Positions 48,401-57,722 of a stretch of DNA of 64,000 nt are shown in pieces (the stretch's first letter is position 1; every line of letters starts with the position of its first letter). Source of the DNA: Bacteroidota bacterium. GTDB taxonomy: Bacteria > Bacteroidota > Bacteroidia > Flavobacteriales > Flavobacteriaceae. The notes beneath the pieces were generated by a model. That model was not told the origin of the DNA, made no database searches, and worked only from the letters and a program-made list of their open reading frames with translations. The position numbers and the translations under genes are program-made. The DNA lies in NCBI GenBank assembly GCA_018335575.1, contig JAGXRT010000034.1:8040-72039 (forward strand). The letters run 5' to 3'.

Positions 48401-48604
48401 TTCAGATTTCCATACACCACCCGAGGCAGCGCCGGCATAAATAATTTCAGGTTTACTGTTAACTACATCAACAGCAGTAATGCGGCCGCTCATACCGGCC
48501 GGGCCAATAGAGCGAGGCTTCATTCCTTTCAGTTTATCAATTGGGACTTCTTGAGAAAAGGCCATAAATGAAAGAAATAAAAACGCAAATGTTATTTTTT
48601 TCAT
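45407..48604 (-). CDS. Sortilin/VPS10-type BNR-repeat beta-propeller protein (paralog 2) with C-terminal extension
   Basis: Signal peptide from ATG 48604 (MKKITFAFLFLSF), with ATG 48628 also possible. Asp-box repeats include SIDGGKNW, TVDGGKTW, SFDGGANW, SDDGGFNW, SYDRGKTW, TRDYGKTW, and SIDEGKNW. The C-terminal 150 aa or so are K/E-rich and helical. Confidence 0.85.
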   Translation of the reverse strand: MKKITFAFLFLSFMAFSQEVPIDKLKGMKPRSIGPAGMSGRITAVDVVNSKPEIIYAGAASGGVWKSESGGLEWEPIFDKQPVQSIGAITIQQSNPDVIWVGTGEGNPRNSLNGGYGIYKSIDGGKNWQLMGLEKTRNIHRIIIDRDNPNTVYVAAIGSPWGEHPERGVFKTVDGGKTWKNVLFVNNKTGCAELVVDSSNPNKLIASMWEHKRDPWFFKSGGEGSGIYISFDGGANWTKKTDKDGLPKGHLGRVGLAIAPSNPKMIYALVEAEKNGLYRSDDGGFNWKKINETENINNRPFYYAEIYVDPLNEYRLYSIHTYVTVSIDGGKTFEDLMPAYGTTKGVHPDHHAWWIHPTNPNYIIDGNDGGLNISYDRGKTWRFVENLPVGQFYHVNVDNDFPYNVYGGMQDNGSWYGPAYVLKDQGIRNTYWQEVMFGDGFDVVPDLKDNRYGYAMSQGGNVGRFDKLTGNIKNIKPTHPDPKMKLRFNWNSAIAVDPIDNETIYFGSQFVHKSTNQGHEWKIISPDLTTNNPEKQKQHESGGLTMDATGAENHCTILAIIPSTLEKGLLWVGTDDGNIQISRNGGETWTNVAINIKGMPKDSWVAQIKTSAFNAGEAYVVVNNYRQFDFKPYLYRTRDYGKTWESLLDKKDESFGYTLSFVQDPIVKNLLFLGTEYGLYFSIDEGKNWTKWTNEYPSVPTMDLVIHPTEHDLVIGTFGRSFWILDDIRPLRELAKTGIESLNKPLKIVEPAKAYITEKQQPAGVRFGANATYNGENKNDGAQISYIFNKPSESKEINKESKETTKLKPDSKPKNDSIVLNVYNQKNELIRTIKQKSPDENGLHKITWRLDEKGVRRPSRATSQRRGNWEPRGVSALPGTYKLVLSHGKEKDSTSVQVEFDPRIQLANDVLETKYKLLKDVEKTMEQMANISQQLNESKEIVKNYKKQLSDLKDKKYADLIKKHDTISKKLDGYVDELLGKEDKRQGITRSTDPTVVSNLFTAYSYINDLIQLPGSTEKQLLENAINAFETYKATINAFYQKDWVEYKNEIEKLNLSLFKESKTF

Positions 48605-48706
48605 ACTTACTAGTTTTATTTGATTCATGTAAAGTAAAGTTTATTTTATGGAATCTCAAAACATGGAATTTATTTTAATAAAAATTGCTTTTTGTTAAGG
48701 ATAAAT

Positions 48707-48724
48707 TATAATCATTCTAAATTG
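48707..48724. promoter_or_regulatory. Copy B of recurring 18-nt motif (TATAATCATTCTAAATTG)
   Basis: It matches copy C at 15 of 18 positions. It sits in the divergent spacer between BNR paralog 2 and sdhC. Confidence 0.55.
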
Positions 48725-48769
48725 ATTAAAAATGATTTAATTGTTTTAGCTATTGCAAATGCTATGTTT

Positions 48770-48777
48770 TATATTTG
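48770..48777 (+). promoter_or_regulatory. -7 box (TATATTTG) for sdhCAB
   Basis: A TAnnTTTG match lies 27 nt upstream of ATG 48805. Confidence 0.5.
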
Positions 48778-48804
48778 TCAATCGATTAACAAAAAATAAT
48801 TAAA

Positions 48805-49485
48805 ATGAGCGGATTTTTATCATCAACTATTGCCAGAAAAGTTGCTATGGCGCTTTCGGCATTATTCCTTATTTTCTTCTTAATTATTCATTTAGCGGTT
48901 AATTTAACTTCCTTATTTAGTGTAGATTTATTTAATAATTTATCGCATTTTATGGGAACTAACCCACTAATTCAATATGCGTTACAACCAGTATTAATTG
49001 TTGGAGTTGTATTTCATTTTGTGTTAGGATTTGTATTAGAAATTAAGAACAGAAAATCGAGAGGAGTAAAATATGTAAAGTATAATGGAGCAGCAAATGC
49101 CACTTGGATGTCCAGAAATATGGAAATTAGCGGTGGTGTTATTTTGGCATTTATTGTATTACATTTTATTGATTTTTGGTTTCCAGAAATGAACACCAAA
49201 TATGTTTTAGGCGATATGTCTGGAATGTTAGACGGAGAATATCGTTATTTTGTTGAGCTTCAACATAAGTTTGTAGAGCCTTGGAGAGTAGTAGTTTATG
49301 TACTTGCTTTTATTTTGCTATCACTTCATTTATTACACGGTTTTCAATCAGCTTTTCAATCCTTAGGAGTAAATAACAAGTATACAAGTTGTATAAAATC
49401 GTTCGGAAATTTTTATGCAATAGTTGTTCCACTTGGATTTATTATTATCGCTTTATTTCATCATTTTAGTCAATTAAACCATTAA
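48805..49485 (+). CDS. sdhC: Succinate dehydrogenase/fumarate reductase cytochrome b subunit (b558 family)
   Basis: 226 aa with five hydrophobic helices carrying conserved His residues (IHLAVN, VFHFVLG, LHFIDFW, LLHGFQS). It lies directly upstream of sdhA and sdhB. Confidence 0.88.
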   Translation: MSGFLSSTIARKVAMALSALFLIFFLIIHLAVNLTSLFSVDLFNNLSHFMGTNPLIQYALQPVLIVGVVFHFVLGFVLEIKNRKSRGVKYVKYNGAANATWMSRNMEISGGVILAFIVLHFIDFWFPEMNTKYVLGDMSGMLDGEYRYFVELQHKFVEPWRVVVYVLAFILLSLHLLHGFQSAFQSLGVNNKYTSCIKSFGNFYAIVVPLGFIIIALFHHFSQLNH

Positions 49486-49497
49486 TCTTATAACATT

Positions 49498-51501
49498 ATG
49501 ACGACTTTAAATTCAAAAATTCCAAAAGGTCCAATAAAAGATAAATGGACAGATTATAAAAATAAAATCAACTTAGTAAATCCTGCCAATAAAAGGAATA
49601 TCGACATTATTATTGTAGGTACTGGCTTAGCCGGTGGCTCAGCAGCAGCAACATTGGCAGAGCAAGGATACAATGTAAAAGCATTTGCATATCAAGATTC
49701 TCCACGAAGAGCACATTCAATTGCTGCCCAAGGAGGTATCAACGCAGCGAAAAATTATATGGGTGATGGCGATTCTAATTACCGGTTATTCTATGATACC
49801 GTAAAAGGAGGTGATTACCGTTCACGCGAAGCAAATGTATACCGATTAGCTGAGGTTTCAGGAAATATTATAGACCAATGTGTTGCTCAAGGCGTACCAT
49901 TAGCGCGTGATTATGGCGGACAATTGGACAACCGTTCTTTTGGAGGAACCTTGGTTTCAAGAACCTTTTATGCAAAAGGTCAGACAGGTCAGCAGTTATT
50001 ATTGGGAGCTTATTCGGCTATGAACAGACAAATAGGACGCGGTAAAATTGAAATGTTTAACCGCCATGAAATGTTGGATGTAGTAATTGTAAATGGAAAA
50101 GCGCGTGGAATTATTGCCCGAAATTTGATTACCGGAGAAATTGAACGTCATTCAGCTCATGCTGTTGTTATAGCTTCAGGTGGTTATGGTAACGTATATT
50201 TCTTATCAACTAATGCCATGGGTTCAAATGCAACGGCAGCATGGAAATCGCACAAAAGAGGAGCCTTTTTTGCCAACCCGTGTTTTACACAAATTCACCC
50301 AACCTGTATTCCACGTTCTGGAGATTATCAATCAAAATTAACGCTGATGTCAGAATCGTTGCGAAATGATGGGCGTATTTGGGTTCCAAAAAAATTAGAA
50401 GATGCTAAAGCAATACAACAAGGTAAATTAAAACCAACAGAAATTGCAGAAGAGGATAGAGATTATTACTTAGAGCGTCGTTATCCATCCTTTGGAAACT
50501 TAGCACCTCGCGATATATCTTCACGTGCAGCCAAAGAACGTTGCGATGCAGGGTATGGGGTAAATGCTACCGGAGAAGCTGTTTATTTAGATTTTTCATC
50601 AGCCATTAAACGTTATGGTACTGAAAAGGCACGTGTTTTAGGAATTGAAAATCCATCCAAAGAGAAAATTACTGAATTAGGCGAAGCAGTTATCGAAGAA
50701 AAATACGGCAACTTGTTTTTAATGTACGAGAAAATTGTAGATGAAAATCCATATAAAACACCAATGATGATATACCCGGCAACTCACTATACTATGGGAG
50801 GTTTATGGGTTGATTATAATTTGATGACTACCGTTCCAGGATTGTATTGTATAGGAGAGGCTAATTTTTCAGATCACGGTGCTAATCGTTTAGGTGCTTC
50901 TGCACTGATGCAAGGGTTGGCCGATGGTTATTTTGTGTTACCTTATACTATAGGCGATTATTTAGCACCGGATATCAAAACAGGAAAAATCCCTACCGAT
51001 ACACCGGAATTTGATCAGGCCGAAAAAGAAATCAAAGATAAATTAGATTTCTTTATCAACAATAAAGGGACCCATTCTGTTGATTATTTCCATAAAAAAT
51101 TAGGAAAAATCATGTGGGATAAAGTGGGTATGGCACGAAATGAAAAAGGATTAAAAGAAGCCATTGTTGAAATTCAACAATTAAGAGAAGAGTTCTGGAA
51201 AGATGTAAAAGTTCCGGGCGAAATAAGCGGTATGAATACCGAACTTGAAAAAGCCATGCGTGTGGCCGATTTCCTTGAATTAGGTGAATTGTTCGCTAAA
51301 GATGCCTTAGAACGCAAAGAATCGTGTGGTGGACATTTTAGAGAAGAATATCAAACAGAAGAAGGAGAAGCGCTGCGCGACGACGTAAACTTTGCATTTG
51401 TTTCTGTTTGGGAGTATAAAGGTAAACCAAGTGATGCGGTATTACATAAAGAAGAATTAAAATTTGAAGAACTAGAACTTAAAACACGTTCGTATAAATA
51501 A
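49498..51501 (+). CDS. sdhA: Succinate dehydrogenase/fumarate reductase flavoprotein subunit
   Basis: FAD-binding site [13 protein letters not shown], the covalent-FAD His context [14 protein letters not shown], and HYTMGGL. Confidence 0.95.
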   Translation: MTTLNSKIPKGPIKDKWTDYKNKINLVNPANKRNIDIIIVGTGLAGGSAAATLAEQGYNVKAFAYQDSPRRAHSIAAQGGINAAKNYMGDGDSNYRLFYDTVKGGDYRSREANVYRLAEVSGNIIDQCVAQGVPLARDYGGQLDNRSFGGTLVSRTFYAKGQTGQQLLLGAYSAMNRQIGRGKIEMFNRHEMLDVVIVNGKARGIIARNLITGEIERHSAHAVVIASGGYGNVYFLSTNAMGSNATAAWKSHKRGAFFANPCFTQIHPTCIPRSGDYQSKLTLMSESLRNDGRIWVPKKLEDAKAIQQGKLKPTEIAEEDRDYYLERRYPSFGNLAPRDISSRAAKERCDAGYGVNATGEAVYLDFSSAIKRYGTEKARVLGIENPSKEKITELGEAVIEEKYGNLFLMYEKIVDENPYKTPMMIYPATHYTMGGLWVDYNLMTTVPGLYCIGEANFSDHGANRLGASALMQGLADGYFVLPYTIGDYLAPDIKTGKIPTDTPEFDQAEKEIKDKLDFFINNKGTHSVDYFHKKLGKIMWDKVGMARNEKGLKEAIVEIQQLREEFWKDVKVPGEISGMNTELEKAMRVADFLELGELFAKDALERKESCGGHFREEYQTEEGEALRDDVNFAFVSVWEYKGKPSDAVLHKEELKFEELELKTRSYK

Positions 51502-51509
51502 GACAGGTT

Positions 51510-52262
51510 ATGAATATGAATTTAACATTAAAAATATGGCGCCAAAAAAATGCTCAAGATAAGGGCAAAATGGTGGATTATAAAGTAACTGATATTTCAG
51601 AACACATGTCGTTCTTAGAAATGTTAGACGTTTTAAATGAACAATTAGTGAGTAACAATGAAGAACCTGTTGCCTTTGACCATGACTGTAGAGAAGGTAT
51701 ATGCGGAATGTGTTCATTATTTATTAACGGAGAAGCGCATGGACCTGATCGATTAATTACGACCTGTCAATTGCATATGCGTAAATTTAAAGACGGCGAT
51801 ACTATCTATATCGAACCGTGGAGAGCTAAAGCCTTTCCAGTAATCAAAGATCTTATTGTTGATCGCATGGCATTTGAACGCATACAACAAGCAGGTGGAT
51901 TTATCTCGGTTAATACATCAGGTAATACTACGGATGCTAATGCTATTTTAATTCCTAAAAAGGATGCTGATTTGTCTATGGATGCAGCTTCTTGTATTGG
52001 ATGTGGCGCTTGCGTTGCGACCTGTAAAAACTCTTCGGCTATGTTGTTCGTTGCGGCTAAAGTTTCACAATTTGCTTTGTTGCCACAAGGTAAGGTTGAG
52101 GCTGCTGATAGGGTAATGAATATGGTTCGCCAAATGGATTTGGAAGGATTTGGTAACTGTACCAATACCGCTGCTTGCGAAGTAGAATGTCCTAAAGGAA
52201 TCTCTTTAGAAAATATAGCCCGTATGAACAGAGAGTATTTATGTGCTAGTATAGCAGGATAA
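51510..52262 (+). CDS. sdhB: Succinate dehydrogenase/fumarate reductase iron-sulfur subunit
   Basis: Three Cys clusters: [20 protein letters not shown], and [12 protein letters not shown]. Confidence 0.95.
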   Translation: MNMNLTLKIWRQKNAQDKGKMVDYKVTDISEHMSFLEMLDVLNEQLVSNNEEPVAFDHDCREGICGMCSLFINGEAHGPDRLITTCQLHMRKFKDGDTIYIEPWRAKAFPVIKDLIVDRMAFERIQQAGGFISVNTSGNTTDANAILIPKKDADLSMDAASCIGCGACVATCKNSSAMLFVAAKVSQFALLPQGKVEAADRVMNMVRQMDLEGFGNCTNTAACEVECPKGISLENIARMNREYLCASIAG

Positions 52263-52278
52263 TCAACGTTTTTTAAAA

Positions 52279-52315
52279 TAAAATCCTGGGCTTTTAAGTT
52301 CAGGATTTTTTATTT
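52279..52315 (+). terminator. Rho-independent terminator for sdhCAB
   Basis: AAATCCTG (52281-52288) pairs with CAGGATTT (52301-52308), followed by TTTTATTTT. Confidence 0.7.
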
Positions 52316-52339
52316 TACCTTTACTTAAAAGCATCATTT

Positions 52340-53116
52340 ATGAACAGAGAGCTCATTGTTAGTATCATTCAGGCCGATTTGGTTTGGGAAAATCCAACTG
52401 AAAACAGAAATCGTTTTGAAGCCAAGTTAAATGAAATTGCTGCAACTGATATTATTGTTTTACCAGAAATGTTTACAACCGGGTTTTCGATGAGCCCTGC
52501 TAATCTGGCCGAAAGAATGGATGGAGAGACGATTCAATGGATGAAACAAATAGCTGTTGAGAAAAATTGTTTAATAATCGGAAGTCTAATAATTCATGAA
52601 AACGGAAACTATTACAACAGGTTAATTGTTGCTTTTCCTGATGGCTTTCATAAATACTATGACAAAAAGCATTTGTTTACCTTGGCTGATGAGCATGTGT
52701 ATTATGCTGCTGGAACCAAGCAAGTAATAATTGAATACAAAGGATGGAAATTATTTCCACTTGTTTGTTACGATTTACGGTTTCCGGTATGGGCTAGAAA
52801 TACCTTTAATTATGATGTGCTCATTTATATTGCCAGCTGGCCAAAACAACGCATCAATGCCTGGGATACGCTCTTAAAAGCTCGGGCTATTGAAAACATG
52901 GCATTTACTATCGGGGTAAATAGGGTTGGAGTTGATGCCAATGGATTTGAATACTGTGGTCATTCTGCAGTTTTTGATGCCTTAGGGAATGAAATCATTA
53001 AAACCAGGCCTTATTCGGAAGATGTGAAAAGTATAAGTCTTGAAAAAGACAAATTAAAACAAGTACGCGAAAAATTACAGTTTTTAAACGACAGAGATCA
53101 ATTTGTAATTACCTAA
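52340..53116 (+). CDS. Carbon-nitrogen hydrolase (nitrilase superfamily, omega-amidase YafV-like)
   Basis: The E-K-C triad contexts are LPEMF, YDKKHLF, and LVCYDLRFP. Confidence 0.85.
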   Translation: MNRELIVSIIQADLVWENPTENRNRFEAKLNEIAATDIIVLPEMFTTGFSMSPANLAERMDGETIQWMKQIAVEKNCLIIGSLIIHENGNYYNRLIVAFPDGFHKYYDKKHLFTLADEHVYYAAGTKQVIIEYKGWKLFPLVCYDLRFPVWARNTFNYDVLIYIASWPKQRINAWDTLLKARAIENMAFTIGVNRVGVDANGFEYCGHSAVFDALGNEIIKTRPYSEDVKSISLEKDKLKQVREKLQFLNDRDQFVIT

Positions 53117-53849
53117 CAGCCGATTTAACTTTATTCTCAACTGTTGAAAATAGCTCTTCAAAAGGCATAGAATTTACGGCAATAGCCTCATGAGCTTCTA
53201 CCGTAACCGTAACTCCTAAGGGTTTAAAAAAAGATTTGGGCACCGAAATTCTCCAAGCGTTGTTAATAGTTAACGGAACAATATAGGCTGAAGGCATATA
53301 CTTTACAAGCATCTTTAAACCATTTTCTTTAAATGGTTTTGGCTTGCCATCATTACTTCTGGTCCCTTCAGGAAAAATAACAGCGCTGTACTTATATTTT
53401 TCGATATACTTTCCAAAAGCAGCAATAGCAGTAATCGATTGTTTGGCGTCTTTTCTATCGATAAGTACAGATCCACCATGTGTTAAATTGTATGAAATAC
53501 CCGGAATACCTTTCCCTAGTTCAATTTTTGATACATACTTAGGATGATATGCTCTTAAAAACCATGCAATAGGAGGGATATCAAACATTCCTTGATGATT
53601 TGATACTATAATAAGTGGTACGTTTTCGGGAATGTTTCCGTGCTGCTTAAACTTAATTCGGCATCCAATAAATAACAGTGATTTTATAAGTAAAAAACTC
53701 ATGATATCAACTGTTTTTTTGTGTGTCTGATAGCCAAAAAAATTAAATGCTATTCGTTGGAAAACATCGAATAGCACTAATGATAATCCGAAGAAAATGT
53801 AATGTAATAATACCAATGGAGTTGAAAGTATTTTACTTATTAACTTCAT
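53109..53849 (-). CDS. plsC: 1-acyl-sn-glycerol-3-phosphate acyltransferase-family protein
   Basis: N-terminal TM helices, the HX4D motif NHQGMFD, and FPEGTRS. Confidence 0.8.
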   Translation of the reverse strand: MKLISKILSTPLVLLHYIFFGLSLVLFDVFQRIAFNFFGYQTHKKTVDIMSFLLIKSLLFIGCRIKFKQHGNIPENVPLIIVSNHQGMFDIPPIAWFLRAYHPKYVSKIELGKGIPGISYNLTHGGSVLIDRKDAKQSITAIAAFGKYIEKYKYSAVIFPEGTRSNDGKPKPFKENGLKMLVKYMPSAYIVPLTINNAWRISVPKSFFKPLGVTVTVEAHEAIAVNSMPFEELFSTVENKVKSAVR

Positions 53850-53864
53850 GTTTTTAGTTTTTTT

Positions 53865-54296
53865 TTAATTAAACCATTGCGCCCAAGGAATTCTACTTAA
53901 AATAAAAACCAATGCTATTCCAAAATACCAAGCTAGAATTTTGAATTTTTTAACATCATCTGTTTGTTTTTTATGATTGTAAAATCCTAAAACTATTAAT
54001 GAAATGGCAAGCACCATCATTAAAGGATGCTCCATAATAAAAAAACGCAATGTTGAATCTTTCATAACTGCCTTAAAGCCCACTTGTCTCAAGGTTTCGT
54101 AATACGAGGAAAAGTAATACGATAAAAGACCCAACACTAATTGCATTTTAACTAATAGTGATGCAGTAAAAGCAATGTAATAGTCATTTTTTTTGTAAGA
54201 ATCTTTAGTGCGTAATTTTACAATTGCATTAATAAACGTAAATAAAACCAGGAGTACTACTAAATAAGAAACACCTGAATGTAATAATTTAAACAT
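53865..54296 (-). CDS. Small 4-TM membrane protein, function unknown
   Basis: ATG 54296 (MFKLLHSG...) fits the -7 box at 54318-54325, whereas the ORF-track TTG at 54320 would lie inside that box. The protein has four hydrophobic helices. Confidence 0.6.
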   Translation of the reverse strand: MFKLLHSGVSYLVVLLVLFTFINAIVKLRTKDSYKKNDYYIAFTASLLVKMQLVLGLLSYYFSSYYETLRQVGFKAVMKDSTLRFFIMEHPLMMVLAISLIVLGFYNHKKQTDDVKKFKILAWYFGIALVFILSRIPWAQWFN

Positions 54297-54317
54297 AAAT
54301 TTAATTTTTATAATTGC

Positions 54318-54325
54318 CAAATATA
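54318..54325 (-). promoter_or_regulatory. -7 box (TATATTTG on minus strand) for the 53865-54296 gene
   Basis: CAAATATA on the plus strand, 22 nt upstream of ATG 54296. Confidence 0.45.
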
Positions 54326-54327
54326 CA

Positions 54328-54345
54328 TAGAATCATTCTAAATAA
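54328..54345. promoter_or_regulatory. Copy C of recurring 18-nt motif (TAGAATCATTCTAAATAA), perfect 6-1-6 palindromic core
   Basis: The core TAGAAT-C-ATTCTA is a perfect palindrome. It sits immediately upstream of the -7 box, between that box and the terminator of the upstream receptor gene. Confidence 0.6.
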
Positions 54346-54373
54346 AAAAAGCCTCTTTTTTCAAGAGGCTTTT
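54344..54373 (-). terminator. Rho-independent terminator for the 1102-aa TonB-dependent receptor
   Basis: GCCTCTT (54351-54357) pairs with AAGAGGC (54363-54369), and a T7 run follows on the minus strand. Confidence 0.8.
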
Positions 54374-54393
54374 AAGTGAAAACTAAAAAAAGG

Positions 54394-57300
54394 TTAGTTA
54401 AAAGAGTATCTTAATGATATCTGACCAGACCACACATTTGAAATGGATGTATTTTTGCTATAAGTTTCTTTAGCTAAAATAGTATACCCATTTTCATCTA
54501 ACTGTGTTTGCATACGATAAACAGGAATTCCATCAGAGCCTACACTTCTGTAGGTTAATAAGGTAGGAGCGGTAGCTCTTTGTGATACTCCCCAATCTTT
54601 GTTTAACATATTTCCAAAGTTTAGAATATCTGCTCTAACTTGGAATGAGTTTCTTACTCCTGCAATAGTTATATAAAAGTCCTGAATAACTGAGAAATCC
54701 ATACGGTGTAACATAGGTACATAAGATGCATTACGCTCAGCATATTGTCCTCTTCTTCCATTCAAATAAATATCCTGAGCAATAAATTTTTCTAAGGCAT
54801 CTTGTTGCAATGCAGCAGTAAACGTTGTAACAGTATTATTAGGTTGAGTAGCTGTAAATTGCTCAAATTTAATGTCAGCACCTTTAGCTGGAACAAACAA
54901 TAATTCGTTACCACTAACACCATCACCATTCATATCGCCGTTAATGGTATAAGAATATGGATTGCCTGATTGACCAACATAACCTAAAGTGAATGAGGTA
55001 GATCCCCAATTTTTTTTGCCATAGTTAATTCTATAACCTAATAAACCTACTAAGCGCTCTTTAATATTATTATCAGAAGTTGTCATATGAATATCGTTAT
55101 TATTTCCATTGATACTTCTAATACTTTGCCAAGAGGCACTTGCTGTTGAACCGGCAGATTGTACGTCCTTAGCATCAGAGAAGGTTAAAGCAAATGAACC
55201 CCACCAACCTTCTTTGGCTGGATATTCAATTTTTAAAGTGGTACTTTTATAATAACCTTCATCTGTATTGGTTAAGATAGCGGCCATAGAAACATTGTTA
55301 TTAATTCGTTGATTTGATGAACCTGATAACCAACGATGTCTATTGTCTGGGCCATTAAAACGAGTTGTAGGATCTTTTAAGTTAGCATTGTAATACGTTA
55401 CAGCGTTAATGTTTTGTCCATAGATGTATTCTAAAGTTCCAACAAATCCTTTTGGTAACTTTTGGTCAACAGCAATATTTGTTTTCCAAATTTGAGGGAA
55501 TTTATAATTAGGATCCGTCATGGCTAAATCAAATGTAGTTGGCAAGGTTGGATTTGCAGGTTTAAATACAGATGGGTCAGCAGTAAAGCCATAAGCGTTT
55601 GTTGCTGGCGCACCATTAGCATCTATAAATCCGGTTAGCACGCCATTGTTTCCAATCTGGTTGGATAAAAACACATACGGTGGTTTCCCAGTAAAGATCC
55701 CGGTACCTCCTCTAAATTGCGTACTGTTATCACCTTTAACATCATAATTGAATCCGAATCTTGGTTCGAATAAGTACTGTGTTTTAGGCATTACTCCGGT
55801 ATTCCATTTTTCCCCTCGGGTAAAAGTCAGTGCATTAACAGCTGTATTTTCTAAAGCTGTATTTTCAAAATCAATCATAGAAGCACGCAATCCAACTGTA
55901 AACTTGAATTTTTCATTTAGGTTAAACTGGTCCTGAATATAAATATCTAATTTGTTAGATTTCAATTGTTGATACGGGTCTTCACCTCCAGCAATAGCAG
56001 AATATCTGTACTGGAAACGAGCCGGAGCTAAAGTTGGATTGGTTGTTCCAATAGTTGCAGGATTATATCCACTTGTTAAAGATAAATTCGCTGCATCATA
56101 AAATTGTTGTAAGGAGTTAAAGATATATACTCCGTTTGATGCAGGAAAAAATAAGTTATTAGAGACAAATCTTTCAAAATTCACACCTCCTACGATAGTA
56201 TGTTTTCCAATATACTTAGTTAAATTATTGGTAAAATGAAGGTTAGAATAATTTAATTTATTACCTGGTGTAAAAGGGTCAAATCCAACAGAAGTATAAG
56301 TTGTTCCGTCTTTTCTAATATCTATTGTTGGGAACAATTCAGTTCTGTAACCTCTGTCTTCAATTTGTTTATCGTATCCAACAATTATATTATTGTGTAA
56401 AGTTTCGTTTATTTTACTGTTTAATTCCACAACAAAAGAGCGAGTGTTGTCTTGTTGTGTGTAACCGCTGTTTTGGAAAGACATAGCGTTAAACTGTGTT
56501 CTTCTGCTTCCTGCTCCTGCTGATGAAGAGTTGGATATTAAGAAATCAGATTCTGAATCGTGGTGTACATAACGAAGAGTCAATTTATGATTATCGTTGA
56601 TGTTCCAATCCATACGGGCTAAGAATTTTTTAGAGAATGATTCGCTATCAAATCCTTCCCACGGGCCTGTAATGTAATTAAACTTTTCTTTCATAAATTT
56701 AGAAAGCGCTTCCATATCAGAGTACAATACTCTTGACTGAATACCTGTTAATGGTGAACCCGTAGAAACCCAGTCAGTTGCTGGTTCTGTTTTGGTTAAT
56801 TCTTCTGCATTAATAAAAATGAAAAATTTATCTTTTACAATTGGTGCTCCTAATCGGAATCCTTTCATGTTTTCTTTAAAGGTAGTAGCAGTTACCGGTG
56901 TTCCAGCAGCATTGTCTCCTACGAATTTTGAAGAGTTATCTCTGTATGAGGTATAAACAGACCCTTCAATTTGGTTAGTACCACTACGCGTTACTGCATT
57001 GATTCCGGCACCAACAAAACCACTTTGTCTAACGTCAAAAGGAGCGATGTTTACTTGTAATTGCTCAATAGCATCAATAGAAATTGAAGTACTTCCCGTT
57101 CTTCCACCGGCTTGTGAATCACCTCCTAAGCCAAATCCGTTGTTTAAAATAGAACCGTCAACGGTAAAGTTGTTCAAACGAGAGTCTTGAGCACCAAAAG
57201 AACGACCATCACCTTGAGGGTTGTATTTGGTAATCGCAGCCATAGTACGAGCACCTGTAATTGGAATAGACTGTACTTCGCGTTTTGAGAATTGCTGAGC

Positions 57301-57702
57301 AGCTCCGGTACGGTCTTGGTTAAATGTACCTGCCTGAGTAGTTATTACAACTTCTTTTAAACTAGTTACATCATCACTAAGAACAGCATTAACAGCTGTT
57401 GAAGCTCCTAAAGAAGTATAAACATCTTTAGCTTCAAACGTAGTAAAGCCTACATACGAAATTTGTACAGAAAATGGACCTCCAGGTCTAACGGCAGGGA
57501 TATTGTAATAACCGTTAGCGTTGGTAATAGAGAAATATTTCGTTCCCGATGGCATGTGCGTAATAGCAACGTTTGCCCCTATAACCGTTTCTCCTCCAGA
57601 GTCTTTAACAACTCCGTAAATAGTAGAAGTTGTAGTTTGTGCCATACTCAATGTAGAAATAAAGAGCATAAATAGCACAGCAAGTTGAGTAATTTTTTTC
57701 AT
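54394..57702 (-). CDS. TonB-dependent receptor, Oar-like (CarboxypepD_reg N-terminal domain, no SusD partner)
   Basis: Signal peptide, a carboxypeptidase-regulatory-like domain (IYGVVKDSGGETVIGANVAI), a plug, a long beta-barrel, and a C-terminal aromatic residue (SLRYSFN-end). Confidence 0.88.
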   Translation of the reverse strand: MKKITQLAVLFMLFISTLSMAQTTTSTIYGVVKDSGGETVIGANVAITHMPSGTKYFSITNANGYYNIPAVRPGGPFSVQISYVGFTTFEAKDVYTSLGASTAVNAVLSDDVTSLKEVVITTQAGTFNQDRTGAAQQFSKREVQSIPITGARTMAAITKYNPQGDGRSFGAQDSRLNNFTVDGSILNNGFGLGGDSQAGGRTGSTSISIDAIEQLQVNIAPFDVRQSGFVGAGINAVTRSGTNQIEGSVYTSYRDNSSKFVGDNAAGTPVTATTFKENMKGFRLGAPIVKDKFFIFINAEELTKTEPATDWVSTGSPLTGIQSRVLYSDMEALSKFMKEKFNYITGPWEGFDSESFSKKFLARMDWNINDNHKLTLRYVHHDSESDFLISNSSSAGAGSRRTQFNAMSFQNSGYTQQDNTRSFVVELNSKINETLHNNIIVGYDKQIEDRGYRTELFPTIDIRKDGTTYTSVGFDPFTPGNKLNYSNLHFTNNLTKYIGKHTIVGGVNFERFVSNNLFFPASNGVYIFNSLQQFYDAANLSLTSGYNPATIGTTNPTLAPARFQYRYSAIAGGEDPYQQLKSNKLDIYIQDQFNLNEKFKFTVGLRASMIDFENTALENTAVNALTFTRGEKWNTGVMPKTQYLFEPRFGFNYDVKGDNSTQFRGGTGIFTGKPPYVFLSNQIGNNGVLTGFIDANGAPATNAYGFTADPSVFKPANPTLPTTFDLAMTDPNYKFPQIWKTNIAVDQKLPKGFVGTLEYIYGQNINAVTYYNANLKDPTTRFNGPDNRHRWLSGSSNQRINNNVSMAAILTNTDEGYYKSTTLKIEYPAKEGWWGSFALTFSDAKDVQSAGSTASASWQSIRSINGNNNDIHMTTSDNNIKERLVGLLGYRINYGKKNWGSTSFTLGYVGQSGNPYSYTINGDMNGDGVSGNELLFVPAKGADIKFEQFTATQPNNTVTTFTAALQQDALEKFIAQDIYLNGRRGQYAERNASYVPMLHRMDFSVIQDFYITIAGVRNSFQVRADILNFGNMLNKDWGVSQRATAPTLLTYRSVGSDGIPVYRMQTQLDENGYTILAKETYSKNTSISNVWSGQISLRYSFN

Positions 57703-57722
57703 TTAGTTATCGATTTTTTTCG

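Noticed and set aside
51806-52165. 119-aa minus-strand ORF inside sdhB. The same class includes 827-1171, 12303-12617, 15579-15866, 34727-35017, 44509-44784, 45071-45349 and 60313-60633.
   Set aside because: All lie fully within, and antisense to, genes with strong family motifs. They are shadow ORFs, not overlapping genes.
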